In this document: in pieces, positions 52,444 to 61,333 of the stretch
How positions within the stretch are numbered: position 1 is the stretch's first letter
How the letters are laid out: each line of letters starts with the position of its first letter
DNA from: an uncultured Acidobacteriota bacterium
Lineage (GTDB): Bacteria > Acidobacteriota > Thermoanaerobaculia > UBA5066 > Gp7-AA6
Reading direction: 5' to 3'
NCBI GenBank assembly: GCA_963723535.1
Contig: CAVRRE010000012.1
Span: 178 to 64,177, forward strand
DNA: 64,000 nt
Position numbers and translations under genes: made by a program
Notes under the pieces: model-generated
What the model saw: only the letters and a program-made list of their open reading frames with translations
What the model was told of the DNA's origin: nothing
Databases searched by the model: none

Positions 52444-53550
52444 TTAGGAGTGCAGCTCCTCGAAGTAGCCGTGGAGATCCCGCAGCGCCTGGCGGTTGAT
52501 CTCCTGGCGCCGGGCCGACTCGCGCAGCAGCTGCAGCGCCGCCATGCCCTCCGGCGCCATCTTCAGCTCCGAGATGACCGGCAACGCCGCGGCGATCGCT
52601 CGCTGGGCATCCCTGTCCAGTCCCGTCTCGAGCAGAAGGTCCGCGATGACCAGGTTGAGCGCTGCCACGTCGGCGCGCATTCCGATCGCCTCGAACTCCG
52701 CCTGCGCCGTGCGATAGGCCTCGATCGACGCGGCGATCTGGCCGGTCTCGCGGAGAAGCGTGGCCAGACCCCACTGTGTCTTCGCGAGGGCGACGCGATC
52801 GTCGAGACGCCGCAGCACGGGTATGGCTTTCGCGGAGGCCGCGGCGGCCGCTTCCGCGTTCCCCATCATCGCGTAGATGTTCGTGAGGCTCGCGTAGGCG
52901 GTTCCGAGCAGCCTGGCGTTGCCGAGCCTTTCGGCCTCGATCACGATCTCGTCGAAGACCCGGACCGCCCCGGCGAGCTCGTCGGATTCCAGCAGCGCCA
53001 GCCCCTCGAGGAACCGGCACTTGAGGGCGTCGTCGTGCATCTCGAGCTGCCGGAAGCTCTCGACGAGCGCCGGAAGCATCTCGAGCACGACGTCGAACTG
53101 ACGCTCCTCGAGCCGCTCCGCGAGCCGCTGGTATCCGAGTCGGGACAGGTCCGCGCTCGCGTTGATGGTGTGGCGGAACCCGGCTTCGGCCCGGTCGAAC
53201 CAGACGTAGGCTTCCTCGCGGCGGGAGAGCTGCCGGCAGGCCGTGCCGGCGAGCAGCGCCGTCTCGCCCAGAAAGTACTCCCGCTCGTCAAAGAGTCCGA
53301 TCGCTCGGCGAGGCGTCTCGATGAACCTGTAGAGAAACTCGGCCTCGTCGCGCGCGACGGACGGCGTGGAATCGAGCTTCGGACGCAGCAGAAGACAGAG
53401 CGACAGGAGGGTCTCGGGATCCTCGAGCAGGAGAGACGCCGCCGCTTCGTAGCGCCGTTCGAAGGGCGTGGCGAGCACTTTTTCGGCGGCCTCGCGGCCG
53501 GCCTCCGACGTCAGGGGCAGACGCGGAAAGCGGATGACCCGGCCCGTCAC
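52444..53550 (-). CDS. tetratricopeptide-repeat protein, function unknown (putative regulator)
   Basis: The GTG start at 53550 is preceded by AAGGAG and overlaps the upstream stop (GTGA). The product is 368 aa with helical-repeat character (...LGNARLLGTAYASLTNIYAMMGNAEAAAAASAKAIPVLRRLDDRVALAKTQWGLATLLRETGQIAASIEAYRTA...). The track ORF 52444..53769 is over-extended. Confidence 0.65.
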   Translation of the reverse strand: MTGRVIRFPRLPLTSEAGREAAEKVLATPFERRYEAAASLLLEDPETLLSLCLLLRPKLDSTPSVARDEAEFLYRFIETPRRAIGLFDEREYFLGETALLAGTACRQLSRREEAYVWFDRAEAGFRHTINASADLSRLGYQRLAERLEERQFDVVLEMLPALVESFRQLEMHDDALKCRFLEGLALLESDELAGAVRVFDEIVIEAERLGNARLLGTAYASLTNIYAMMGNAEAAAAASAKAIPVLRRLDDRVALAKTQWGLATLLRETGQIAASIEAYRTAQAEFEAIGMRADVAALNLVIADLLLETGLDRDAQRAIAAALPVISELKMAPEGMAALQLLRESARRQEINRQALRDLHGYFEELHS

Positions 53551-53915
53551 CGTATCTCCTTCTCGAAGCGGAGGTCGAGATCGATGGCGACTTCTTCGGG
53601 CTCGCGGGCGAGCAGCTCGTTGAGATCGGCGTCCGCCGATCCGACGCCGCCGAGCTTCCAGAGCTGGAACGACCGTCCGTACTGGCATGCCGCCGACAGA
53701 AGCGAGAGGCGCAGCATCTTGGCGGACATGTGCCCGGATCCCCCCCTGCGCCCGAGCCTCTGGAACCACATCAGAAGGTCCTCTTCGGCTCCGCGCGCCT
53801 CGTCCTCGCTCAACCGGTAATACGAAACGAGCGCGGAGTGGATGACGGGCAGCGCCCGTTCGAAGACGCCCTGAATCTCGTCGGCCGGACGAGACGGCTG
53901 CTTTTCCGATCCCAC
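53547..53915 (-). CDS. hypothetical 122-aa protein (weak resemblance to sigma-70 region 2 only)
   Basis: This is track ORF 53547..53915 with a GTG start. The segment PVIHSALVSYYRLSEDEARGAEEDLLMWFQRL recalls the ECF sigma region-2 pattern (..DAEDL.Q..F..L), but no region-4 helix-turn-helix is present. It is translationally coupled to the TPR gene. Confidence 0.45.
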   Translation of the reverse strand: MGSEKQPSRPADEIQGVFERALPVIHSALVSYYRLSEDEARGAEEDLLMWFQRLGRRGGSGHMSAKMLRLSLLSAACQYGRSFQLWKLGGVGSADADLNELLAREPEEVAIDLDLRFEKEIR

Positions 53916-53994
53916 GCTGACGACAGGTTACACCACCCGCGTCCCGGGATCGAATGCCGCCCGCGGGCGAAAGAAACGGCTCAGGAGGAAGCGC

Positions 53995-54138
53995 CTAGGT
54001 GGGAATCGGGCCGTACAACTTGATAACGAAACGCGTCGCCTTCCGCTCCTGACGCACTACCGTCGGACGCGGGGAGGGAACCTCGATCGTCGAAGCGGGC
54101 CGCTCGGGAACACGGACGGGAACGTTGGAGGTCGCCAT
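53995..54138 (-). CDS. small 47-aa ORF, below the ORF-track length cut-off
   Basis: On the minus strand AAGGAG lies 10 nt upstream of the ATG at 54138. The product is MATSNVPVRVPERPASTIEVPSPRPTVVRQERKATRFVIKLYGPIPT*, with TAG at 53997-53995. GC-rich third codon positions fit the local coding bias. It is the first gene of the 54138-52444 minus-strand group. Confidence 0.4.
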   Translation of the reverse strand: MATSNVPVRVPERPASTIEVPSPRPTVVRQERKATRFVIKLYGPIPT

Positions 54139-54270
54139 GGGTCCTCATCTCCTTTCCGGAACTCGGCCGCCGGGCCGAGCGAAAACGAATCGCCCGCATT
54201 CCACCACAAACCGGGGTCGCCGGCACCTGTTCCTGGGGCCGGGGTCCTCCAGAATCGCCCCTGCCGGGAG

Positions 54271-55554
54271 ATGATCGCTTCGATGGCGCAGGACCGGGTT
54301 CCGCACGTCGTGGTCGTGGGCGCCGGTTTTGGAGGCCTCGAGGCCGCGCGTGGCCTCGCGGGAGCCCCCGTCCGGGTGACGGTCGTCGACCGGAGGAACC
54401 ACTACCTCTTCCAGCCCCTCCTCTACCAGGTCGCCACCGCGGCCCTCTCGCCGGCCGACATCGCCTACCCCATTCGCTCGATCCTCCGCCGCCAGAGAAA
54501 CGCGGACGTCGTCCTCGCCGAGGTGGTCGGCATCGACCCCGCCCGGCGGGAGGTGGCGCTTCGGGACGGGGCGAAGCTCTCCTACGACACCCTCGTCGTG
54601 GCGTCGGGCGCCCGCCACGCTTATTTCGGCCACGAGGACTGGGAGACGCGGGCTCCGGGGCTCAAGAACCTCGAAGACGCGCTCGAGATCCGCCGCCGCA
54701 TCCTCCTTGCCTTCGAGGAGGCCGATCGCGAGGCGAGTCCCGAGCGGCGCAATCGCCTCCTGACGTTCGCGATCGTCGGCGGCGGTCCGACGGGCGTGGA
54801 GCTCGCCGGCGCGATCGCGGAGATCGCCGACCATGTCCTCGTCGACGACTTCCGCCACATCGATCCCCGCGAGGCGCGCGTGGTCCTCATCGAGGCCGGG
54901 CCGCGGATCCTGCCGAGCTACGCGCCGAAGTCTTCCGAGAACGCGAGCGACGAGCTCCGGCGTCTCCGCGTGGAGGTCCGCACCGGCGAGCCGGTCACCT
55001 CGGTGGACGAGACCGGCCTCGTCGTCGGCGGACAGCACCTCGAGGCCGGAACCGTCCTCTGGGCCGCGGGCGTCGCGGCGTCCCGTGTCGGGAGCTGTCT
55101 CGGCGCGCCCTGCGACAAGAACGGCCGCGTCGCGGTCCAGCCCGACCTGACGGTGCCCGGACGCCCCGAGATCTTCGTGATCGGGGACCTCGCCCTCTTC
55201 ACCCACCAGGGAGGCCAGCCGCTGCCGGGCGTGAGCCCGGTGGCGATGCAGCAGGGCCGCCACGTGGCCCGCGCGATCCGGGAGCGTCTCGCCGGCCGCC
55301 CGGCGCCTCCCTTTCGCTACTGGGACAAGGGCAGCATGGCGGTCGTCGGCCGCTCCGCCGCGGTCGCCGAGGTTCTGGGCCTGAAGCTGCGCGGCTTCCC
55401 CGCGTGGCTCGCCTGGTGCGCGCTCCACATCTTCTACCTCATCGGTTTTCGCAACCGCTTCATCGTCATGTTCGAGTGGGCCTGGGCCTACGTCAGCTAC
55501 CAGAGAGGCGCGCGGCTGATCACGGGCAACCTCGAAGCGCCCAGGAAGCGATAG
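54271..55554 (+). CDS. ndh: type II NADH:quinone oxidoreductase (NDH-2)
   Basis: The ORF is intact and reads HVVVVGAGFGGLEAARGL...NHYLFQPLLYQVATA...FAIVGGGPTGVELAGAIAE...VIGD, with two dinucleotide-binding motifs and a C-terminal membrane-association helix. Confidence 0.9.
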   Translation: MIASMAQDRVPHVVVVGAGFGGLEAARGLAGAPVRVTVVDRRNHYLFQPLLYQVATAALSPADIAYPIRSILRRQRNADVVLAEVVGIDPARREVALRDGAKLSYDTLVVASGARHAYFGHEDWETRAPGLKNLEDALEIRRRILLAFEEADREASPERRNRLLTFAIVGGGPTGVELAGAIAEIADHVLVDDFRHIDPREARVVLIEAGPRILPSYAPKSSENASDELRRLRVEVRTGEPVTSVDETGLVVGGQHLEAGTVLWAAGVAASRVGSCLGAPCDKNGRVAVQPDLTVPGRPEIFVIGDLALFTHQGGQPLPGVSPVAMQQGRHVARAIRERLAGRPAPPFRYWDKGSMAVVGRSAAVAEVLGLKLRGFPAWLAWCALHIFYLIGFRNRFIVMFEWAWAYVSYQRGARLITGNLEAPRKR

Positions 55555-55575
55555 GATTCGGGCAAGGTCAACGTC

Positions 55576-56877
55576 TTGACGATGCGAATGGACCGGAGGA
55601 CGCTCCTGAGGGGCCTCGGCGGCGGTGCGGCCGCCGCCGCCTTCCGGTCGGATGCGATGGCGCGCGTGCTCGGCGCCGGCCAGGGCGCCGCGGGAAAATC
55701 GCCCGCGAGCCTCGCCGCCGACGAGGACTACTGGTCCGAGATCGCCCGGGCCTTCGACGTCGATCGGACGCTCGTGAACCTCAACAACGGGGGCTGCAGC
55801 CCGGCGCCGTCCCACGTCCTCGAGGCCATGATCCGGGATCTCCGTTTTTCGAACGAGATTCCCGTCCAGCACATGTGGGTCGTCCTCGAGCCGCGGCTCG
55901 AGTCCGTCCGCCGTGACCTCGCCGCCGAGTTCGGCTGCGATCCCGAGGAGATGGCCATCACCCGGAACGCCTCCGAGTCTCTCGAAACGATGATCTTCGG
56001 CATCGACCTGAAACCGGGCGACGAAGTCGTCTACACGAACCAGAACTACCCGCGCATGATCACGTCCTGGGAGCAGCGGGCGCGGCGGGACGGCGTCGTT
56101 CTCCGGCCGATCAGCTTTCCCGTGCCTCCTCCGTCGGCGGCCGATGTGGTCGACCGCTTTCGGCGCGCCATCACGCCGAAGACGCGCGTCATCGAGGTCA
56201 CGCACATCACGAACCTGACCGGCCAGATCCTGCCCGTGAAGGAGATCGTGCAACTCGGCCGCGAGCGCGGAATCGAGGTCTTCGTCGACGGCGCGCACGC
56301 GTTCGCCCACTTCCCCTTCCGGCGTGACGAGCTCGGGTGCGACTACTACGCGACCAGCCTCCACAAGTGGCTCTTCGCTCCGATCGGCACCGGGTTCCTC
56401 TACGTCCGCAAGAACAAGATCAAGTCGCTCTGGCCGCTCATGGCCGCGCCGGCCAAGATGGACGAGGACATCCGCAAGTACGAGGAGATCGGAACGCATC
56501 CGGCGGCCAACCACAACGCGATCTCCGTGGCTCTCGCGTTCCATCGGGCCATCGGCTCGGACCGGAAGGCGGCGCGGCTGCGCTGGCTCCGCGACCGCTG
56601 GGCGAAGCGTCTCGCCGCGGCCGACCCGCGCGTCCGGATCCTCACGCCCCTGAACGACACGGAGTCCTGCGGGATCGGGTTCGTCTCGATCCAGGGGTTC
56701 GGCCCCGAGAAGCTCCAGGCGTACCTCTGGGAGAAGCACCGCATCATGACGACGCCCATCGTCCACCCGGAGTTCGAGGGCCTGCGGATCACGCCCAACG
56801 TCTACACGACGCCCGACGAGATCGACGTCTTCTGCGCCCGCATGGAGACGACGCTGAAGACGGGTCTGCCCGCCTAG
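55576..56877 (+). CDS. class V-fold PLP-dependent aminotransferase/epimerase-like enzyme with a twin-arginine (Tat) signal
   Basis: The ORF is intact. The Tat motif is MDRRTLLRGLGGGAAAAAF. The sequence includes ...NLNNGGCSP...ITRNASESL...DGAHAFAH...ATSLHKWL (the PLP lysine is in SLHK). The start is probably ATG 55582 or 55588 rather than TTG 55576. Confidence 0.8.
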   Translation: MTMRMDRRTLLRGLGGGAAAAAFRSDAMARVLGAGQGAAGKSPASLAADEDYWSEIARAFDVDRTLVNLNNGGCSPAPSHVLEAMIRDLRFSNEIPVQHMWVVLEPRLESVRRDLAAEFGCDPEEMAITRNASESLETMIFGIDLKPGDEVVYTNQNYPRMITSWEQRARRDGVVLRPISFPVPPPSAADVVDRFRRAITPKTRVIEVTHITNLTGQILPVKEIVQLGRERGIEVFVDGAHAFAHFPFRRDELGCDYYATSLHKWLFAPIGTGFLYVRKNKIKSLWPLMAAPAKMDEDIRKYEEIGTHPAANHNAISVALAFHRAIGSDRKAARLRWLRDRWAKRLAAADPRVRILTPLNDTESCGIGFVSIQGFGPEKLQAYLWEKHRIMTTPIVHPEFEGLRITPNVYTTPDEIDVFCARMETTLKTGLPA

Positions 56878-56939
56878 GTTGACCTGTCGCGGGAACCCGG
56901 CGGCGGGGCCCGGTGTCCCTCTCTGCCGGAGGGACGACC

Positions 56940-57756
56940 ATGACCCGAAACGGACGGTCGCTGTTGCTGGGTGCCCTGATGGTTTCATTCGCCGGATCCC
57001 TGGCCGCTTCCGGCGGGCCCGCGTACTCGCTCTCGGTGCTCGTCGACGGCGCGGCCGTGCCGGAATACGCGGCCCGCAACCGCGTCTACGTCGAGGCCCT
57101 CAAGGGCAAGGAATTCGTGCTCCGCATCGCGAACCCGACCGGCCGGCGGGTCGCCGTGGCCCTCTCGGTCGACGGCCGGAACGTCATCGACGCCAAACGC
57201 ACCGGTTCGGGCGAAGCCGCCAAATGGGTGCTCGGACCGTGGGAGACGATCGACGTGCCGGGCTGGCAGGTCTCCGGAGCCACGGCGCGGCGCTTCTACT
57301 TCACCGAGACGTCCAAGTCCTACGCGAAGTGGCTGGGCGACACGGCGAACGTCGGCACGATCGAGGCCGTCTTCTACCGTGAGCGTGAACGGCAGCCCGA
57401 AAGACCGCAGCCCCTGACGCGGCGGAAGGAAGCTCCTGCGGCTGAAGAAGGCCAGGCCGGAGCGTCGGCGAGCGCGATCTCCAGGAGGCGGCCCCCTCGG
57501 ATTCGAAATCGACCGCCAAGCGGGCCGAGAGCCGACGACTACGCCGCGACCGGGATCGGCGACGCCACCGAGTTTCCCGTTCAGTGGGTCGCGTTCGAGG
57601 CGGAGTCCTCGCCCGCCGACCCGCATCGCGCTCCGATACGAGTTCCGCGCCCAGCTCGTCCGGCTCGGCGTGCTGCCGAGAGAGGACGCGCTTTTCGCCC
57701 GCGACCGCGCGCGTGGCTTCGAGCACGAGTACGCACCCGATCCGTACCGGCGCTGA
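56940..57756 (+). CDS. secreted hypothetical protein, at least one frameshift (about 57625)
   Basis: GGAGGGA precedes the ATG at 56940. The signal peptide is MTRNGRSLLLGALMVSFAGSLAASG. The body is in ORF 56913..57818. The C-terminus, read by hand in the +1 frame, is RIALRYEFRAQLVRLGVLPREDALFARDRARGFEHEYAPDPYRR* with TGA at 57754-57756. I recognise no family. Confidence 0.55.
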
Positions 57757-57786
57757 CGCCGGCGCTCGGATTCGCCGTAGAATCGA

Positions 57787-57806
57787 GGCGCCGCTTCGGC
57801 GGCGCC
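57787..57806 (+). promoter_or_regulatory. perfect 8-bp UUCG-capped hairpin between the secreted-protein gene and the ECF sigma gene; a TAGAAT -10-like hexamer lies at 57778-57783
   Basis: The hairpin is GGCGCCGC-TTCG-GCGGCGCC. It lies 31 nt after the upstream stop and 9 nt before the sigma TTG start. It could be a terminator or a 5'-UTR structure, and it has no U-tract. Confidence 0.35.
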
Positions 57807-57814
57807 AATCGCCT

Positions 57815-58393
57815 TTGACCGAGCCCGAACGGACCGATGAAGAGCTCCTCCACTCGGCCCGCGAGGGCGACGAGGACGCGTTCGGCGCCTTCGTCCGGCG
57901 ACACACGGCGACCGTGCACCGCTGGATGGCCCGGGCGGTCGGCGAGACCGATGCGGACGACATGACACAGGACGTTTTCCTGAAGGCCTACCGCGGGCTG
58001 CCCCGCTTTCGGGGCGAGGCTCCCCCGCGCGCGTGGCTCGCGTCGATCGCCGACAACGCCGTCAAGAATCGCTACCGCTCGCGGAGCCGCTTCCGGCGGA
58101 TCTTCGCCGGAAGCTCCGACGCCCGGCCTGACCTCGATCCGCCCGAGACGGGGGCCGGCCCCGAAGACGACGCCCGCGCCGGAGAGTCGCGGCGCCTCGT
58201 GGCGGAAGCCCTGAAGAAGCTCGCGCCGGAGTTCCGGATGCCCGTCGTCCTCCGGGATCTCGAGGAATGGAGCTACGAAGAAATCGCCGTGTCCCTCGCG
58301 GTGCCCGTCGGCACCGTGAAGTCGCGCATCGCCCGCGGCCGCGGGCAGCTCAAGGAGATACTCACGCCGCTTCTGGCCGGAAGGTGCCCATGA
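57815..58393 (+). CDS. ECF-subfamily RNA polymerase sigma-70 factor
   Basis: Region 2 reads GDEDAFGAFVRRH...DADDMTQDVFLKAYRGLPRF. Region 4 reads MPVVLRDLEEWSYEEIAVSLAVPVGTVKSRIARGRGQLKE. A TTG start at 57815 is inferred because no in-frame ATG or GTG lies upstream of region 2. This is the frame of track ORF 57584..58393. Confidence 0.85.
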   Translation: MTEPERTDEELLHSAREGDEDAFGAFVRRHTATVHRWMARAVGETDADDMTQDVFLKAYRGLPRFRGEAPPRAWLASIADNAVKNRYRSRSRFRRIFAGSSDARPDLDPPETGAGPEDDARAGESRRLVAEALKKLAPEFRMPVVLRDLEEWSYEEIAVSLAVPVGTVKSRIARGRGQLKEILTPLLAGRCP

Positions 58394-59509
58394 TCGAGAC
58401 CCTGTCGCATCCCGCGCAGTCCGCCGAGTTCCTTTCGAAACTGCACGACGGAGAGCTCTCGCCCGCGGAGGCCGCCGCGTTCGAGTCTCATCGCCGCGAA
58501 TGCCCGGAGTGCCGGGCCTCCGTCGCCGAGTTCGAAGGCGCCCTCGCCGCGTACCGGTCGGCGCCGGTCCCGCCGCACGCTTCGGACCTCTCCGCCCGCA
58601 TCCTCCGCAAGATCCGCGCGGCCTCGCCTTCCCGCCGCCCCTTCGGAGTCATGTTCGGAATCGACGTGCGCTGGGCCGGTGCGCTGGCAGCGGCGCTGCT
58701 CGTCGTGATCATCGGGGCGCCCGTGTTTCGCCGGGCTCCGCAGGACAAGCGGGCGGTCCCGCCCGCGACGTCCTTGCCCGCCCCCATTCCGGCATACGTC
58801 CTGGACGCCGAGGAGGAGCGGCCGAAGCAGAAGCAGAACGAGGCGAACCGCGCGCCTCGCAAGGAAGCGGCGCCGAAGGCCGAAGCCGCGCCGCCGAAGT
58901 CGGCGGCCGACGACCCGACCGCGCGCGGGCGCGATCTCGACCAGTTCGCGGAGCCGCGCGAAGGGGCGCGAGAGTCTCTGGAGCGCCGCGACGAGATCGC
59001 CGCCACCAACGCCGACAAGGGAGACGCGGCCGCGACGCTCCAGAGCAACGCGGCGCAGGAGCCTCCCGGCGCCGACGCTCCAGGCCGCGGCTCCGCCGGC
59101 CGAGACGAAGGACCTCGCGAAGAGCACGACGGCCCGCAGGCAGAGCGCGGCCGCTCCGGTCGGCGGCGAGGCGGGAGCCGGCGCGTCCGCGGACGAGCCC
59201 CCGCTCGTCGTCCGGCTGACGATTCACGCCATCGACGGGGAGGGAGAGGCGCCCGATGTCGCGCGCACTCCTTCGGACGATCGTCTGGCCGCTCTGCGAG
59301 GACGGAAGTACGTCCTGGTCGTCGAAGGCGGCGGGCGCGTCGTGGCCGTCGAGGAGCGGCCGGCCGGCCGGAAGCCTGCCGGGGACAAGGCCCGGGAGGC
59401 GGACGAACAGAGGGCCGCGCGCTTGCGGCCGTTGGCCGAGTCGATCCTGCGGGAGATCGCTTTCCAGCCGGGAGACCGCTCGCGCCGCCTCGTCGTCTCG
59501 ATCGAGTAG
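58390..59509 (+). CDS. anti-sigma factor (zf-HC2 type, single-pass membrane protein), one frameshift near 59065
   Basis: The ATG at 58390 overlaps the sigma stop (ATGA). It has the HRRECPECRASV motif (H-x3-C-x2-C) and the TM segment WAGALAAALLVVIIGAPVF. The periplasmic part continues in the +1 frame: ...LAKSTTARRQSAAAPVGGEAG...LTIHAIDGEGEAPDVARTPSDDRLAALRGRKYVLVVEGGGRVVAVEE...RRLVVSIE*. Confidence 0.8.
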
Positions 59510-59524
59510 CTCGGCGAGGCGCCT

Positions 59525-60521
59525 TCAGGCGACTTCGAGAACCGCGGCGCCGCGTACCTCGCCTCGCTTGACCGCGAGAAGCGCCCGGTTGGCATCCTCC
59601 AGCGGCCAGCTCTCGATCTCGGCGCGCACCGGAATCCGGGCGGCGAGAGCCAGAAACTCTTCGGCATCCTTCCGCGTGTAGTTCATGACGCTCCGGACGG
59701 TGCGCTCGCCGTAGAGCACCTCGTACGGGAAGGACGGGATCGGGCTCATGTGAATGGCGTTGACGGCGAGAGTGCCGCCGGGCGCGAGCCGCGCGAGCGC
59801 GAGCGGGACGAGCTCGCCCGCGGGAGCGAACGTCACCGCGGCGTCGAGCGGCGCGTCGGGGTGCTCCTCGGCCCTCCCGGCCCAGACCGCTCCCATGCGT
59901 CGCGCCAGCTCGCGGTGGTGCGCTTCGCGCGTGAAGGCGAACACCTCGCAGCCCCAGTGCCGAGCCACCTGGATGGCGAGGTGCGCCGAGGCCCCGAAAC
60001 CGAAGAGGCCGAGCCTTCCGCCCGGCGCGATTCCCGAAAGACGCAGCGACCGGTAGCCGATGATGCCCGCGCAGAGAAGGGGGGCCGCTTCGCGAGGCGG
60101 GATGCCCGGCGGCAGCGGATAGGTCCAGCGGGCGTCCGCGGCCAGGCGTTCCGCATAGCCCCCGTCCCGGATCCCGGCCGGTGAATCGGGCGGAGGGACA
60201 GAGGTTTTCCCGGCCGGACACGCAGTATTCGCATGGCCCGCAGGTCGACGCGATCCAGCCGACGCCGACGGCATCGCCCGGACGGAAATGCTCCACATCC
60301 GGGCCGACCGCGCCATCGTCCCCGCCGCCTGGTGTCCCGGCACGATCGGAAGCCGCGCACCGACTTCGCCCTCGACGATGTGGAGATCCGTCCGGCAGAC
60401 TCCGCATGCCTTCACCGCGACCTGCGATTTCGCCCGGGCCCGGAGCGGCGGGCTCAATGTCGGCCGGACGAACCGGCATCTCTCGCCGGGGGCCCGTCCG
60501 CTCGAGCCGCATGGCGCGCAT
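59525..60521 (-). pseudogene. zinc-dependent alcohol dehydrogenase family (MDR) protein, at least 3 frame breaks (about 60425, 60330, 60185)
   Basis: The reading is MRAMRLERTGP...PGPGEI | VAVKACGVCRTDLHIVEGEVGARLPIVPGHQAAG | VGPDVEHFRPGDAVGVGWIASTCGPCEYCVSGRENLCPSARFTG | RDGGYAERLAADARWTYPLP...LGLFGFGASAHLAIQVAR.... It alternates between the frames of track ORFs 58488..60599 and 59525..60457. Confidence 0.8.
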
Positions 60522-60559
60522 CGGTGCGATCCTCTCGCTCGAAACTATAATCGGCGGCG

Positions 60560-61015
60560 ATGCGGCGCATCGACGCGCTGTTCGCGGACTACGGCGCAAG
60601 CCACTCGGTGCGCGGGAACCTGCTCTGCCACGCGGCCGGAATCACCCTGATCGTCTTCGGCCTGCTCTCGTTCCTGGCGCTCGTTCCCATCGCCGGCGTG
60701 TGGACCGCCAGCGAACTGCTCGTCGTGCTCGCCTTCGCCTTCTACGCGGCCCTCGATTTCCCGCTCGCGCTCGCCGTTCTGCCCTACGCCGGCGTCCTCG
60801 ACGTCGCCGCGCGGTTCGCGGGGAGCTGGACGCTCGGCCTCGCCGCCTTCGTCGCGGGCTGGGTGCTGCAGGGAATCGGGCATGCGGTCTACGAGAAGAA
60901 CCGCCCGGCCTTCCTGCGCAACCTCGTCCACCTCCTGATCGGCCCGGCCTACCTCGTCGCCGAGGCGCTGGGCCTGTGGCCGCGGACGTCCGGCGTCAGC
61001 AGAAGGTCGTCATGA
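60560..61015 (+). CDS. DUF962 / Mpo1-like membrane protein
   Basis: The sequence reads MRRIDALFADYGASHSVRGNLLCHAAGITLIVFG...GWVLQGIGHAVYEKNRPAFLRNLVHLLIGPAYLVAE, which is the pattern typical of the YGL010w/Mpo1 family. Confidence 0.65.
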   Translation: MRRIDALFADYGASHSVRGNLLCHAAGITLIVFGLLSFLALVPIAGVWTASELLVVLAFAFYAALDFPLALAVLPYAGVLDVAARFAGSWTLGLAAFVAGWVLQGIGHAVYEKNRPAFLRNLVHLLIGPAYLVAEALGLWPRTSGVSRRSS

Positions 61016-61322
61016 CCGCGTCGGGATGGTCGAGCCGGTAACCCTCCCCGGCGGGATCCGGATCGAGCTCGAGCACCGCGCCCCGAAGTTTTCGGAACGC
61101 GTGCTCGTCCATGACGACGGGAATTCCCGAGGCCTCGAAGCGGTGCCCCTCGTCGGGGGCGTTCTCCTCGACCGAGATGCGGAACCCCGTTCCGCCACAG
61201 CCGAGGATGTGGCGAACGCTCAGAACCGCCTGCGTGAAGTCGGCCTCGGCCCTCAGGCGCTCCGCCGCCTCCGGAGTGATCGTCAGGGGCGGGGCGTCGG
61301 CGGGAAGGTTCGCGGCGGACAT
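60996..61322 (-). CDS. HesB/IscA-like Fe-S cluster insertion protein (divergent)
   Basis: The 108-aa product reads LTITPEAAERLRA...VRHILGCGGTGFRISVEE...GIPVVMDEHAFRKLRGAVLELD...C-terminal C. This resembles the IscA/ErpA fold, but the usual C-terminal CGCG motif is reduced. Confidence 0.5.
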   Translation of the reverse strand: MSAANLPADAPPLTITPEAAERLRAEADFTQAVLSVRHILGCGGTGFRISVEENAPDEGHRFEASGIPVVMDEHAFRKLRGAVLELDPDPAGEGYRLDHPDAVMTTFC

Positions 61323-61333
61323 AGGATCATTCT

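Noticed and set aside
54145-56988. A 947-aa minus-strand ORF, among the longest in the track.
   Set aside because: It lies entirely antisense to two well-supported plus-strand genes (ndh and the Tat-signal aminotransferase). Its Arg/Gly/Asp/Pro-rich composition is typical of shadow ORFs in high-GC DNA, and it has no recognisable motif.
61323-61333. I looked for a TPP riboswitch upstream of thiD.
   Set aside because: Only 11 nt separate thiD from the divergent HesB-like gene, so there is no room for a riboswitch.
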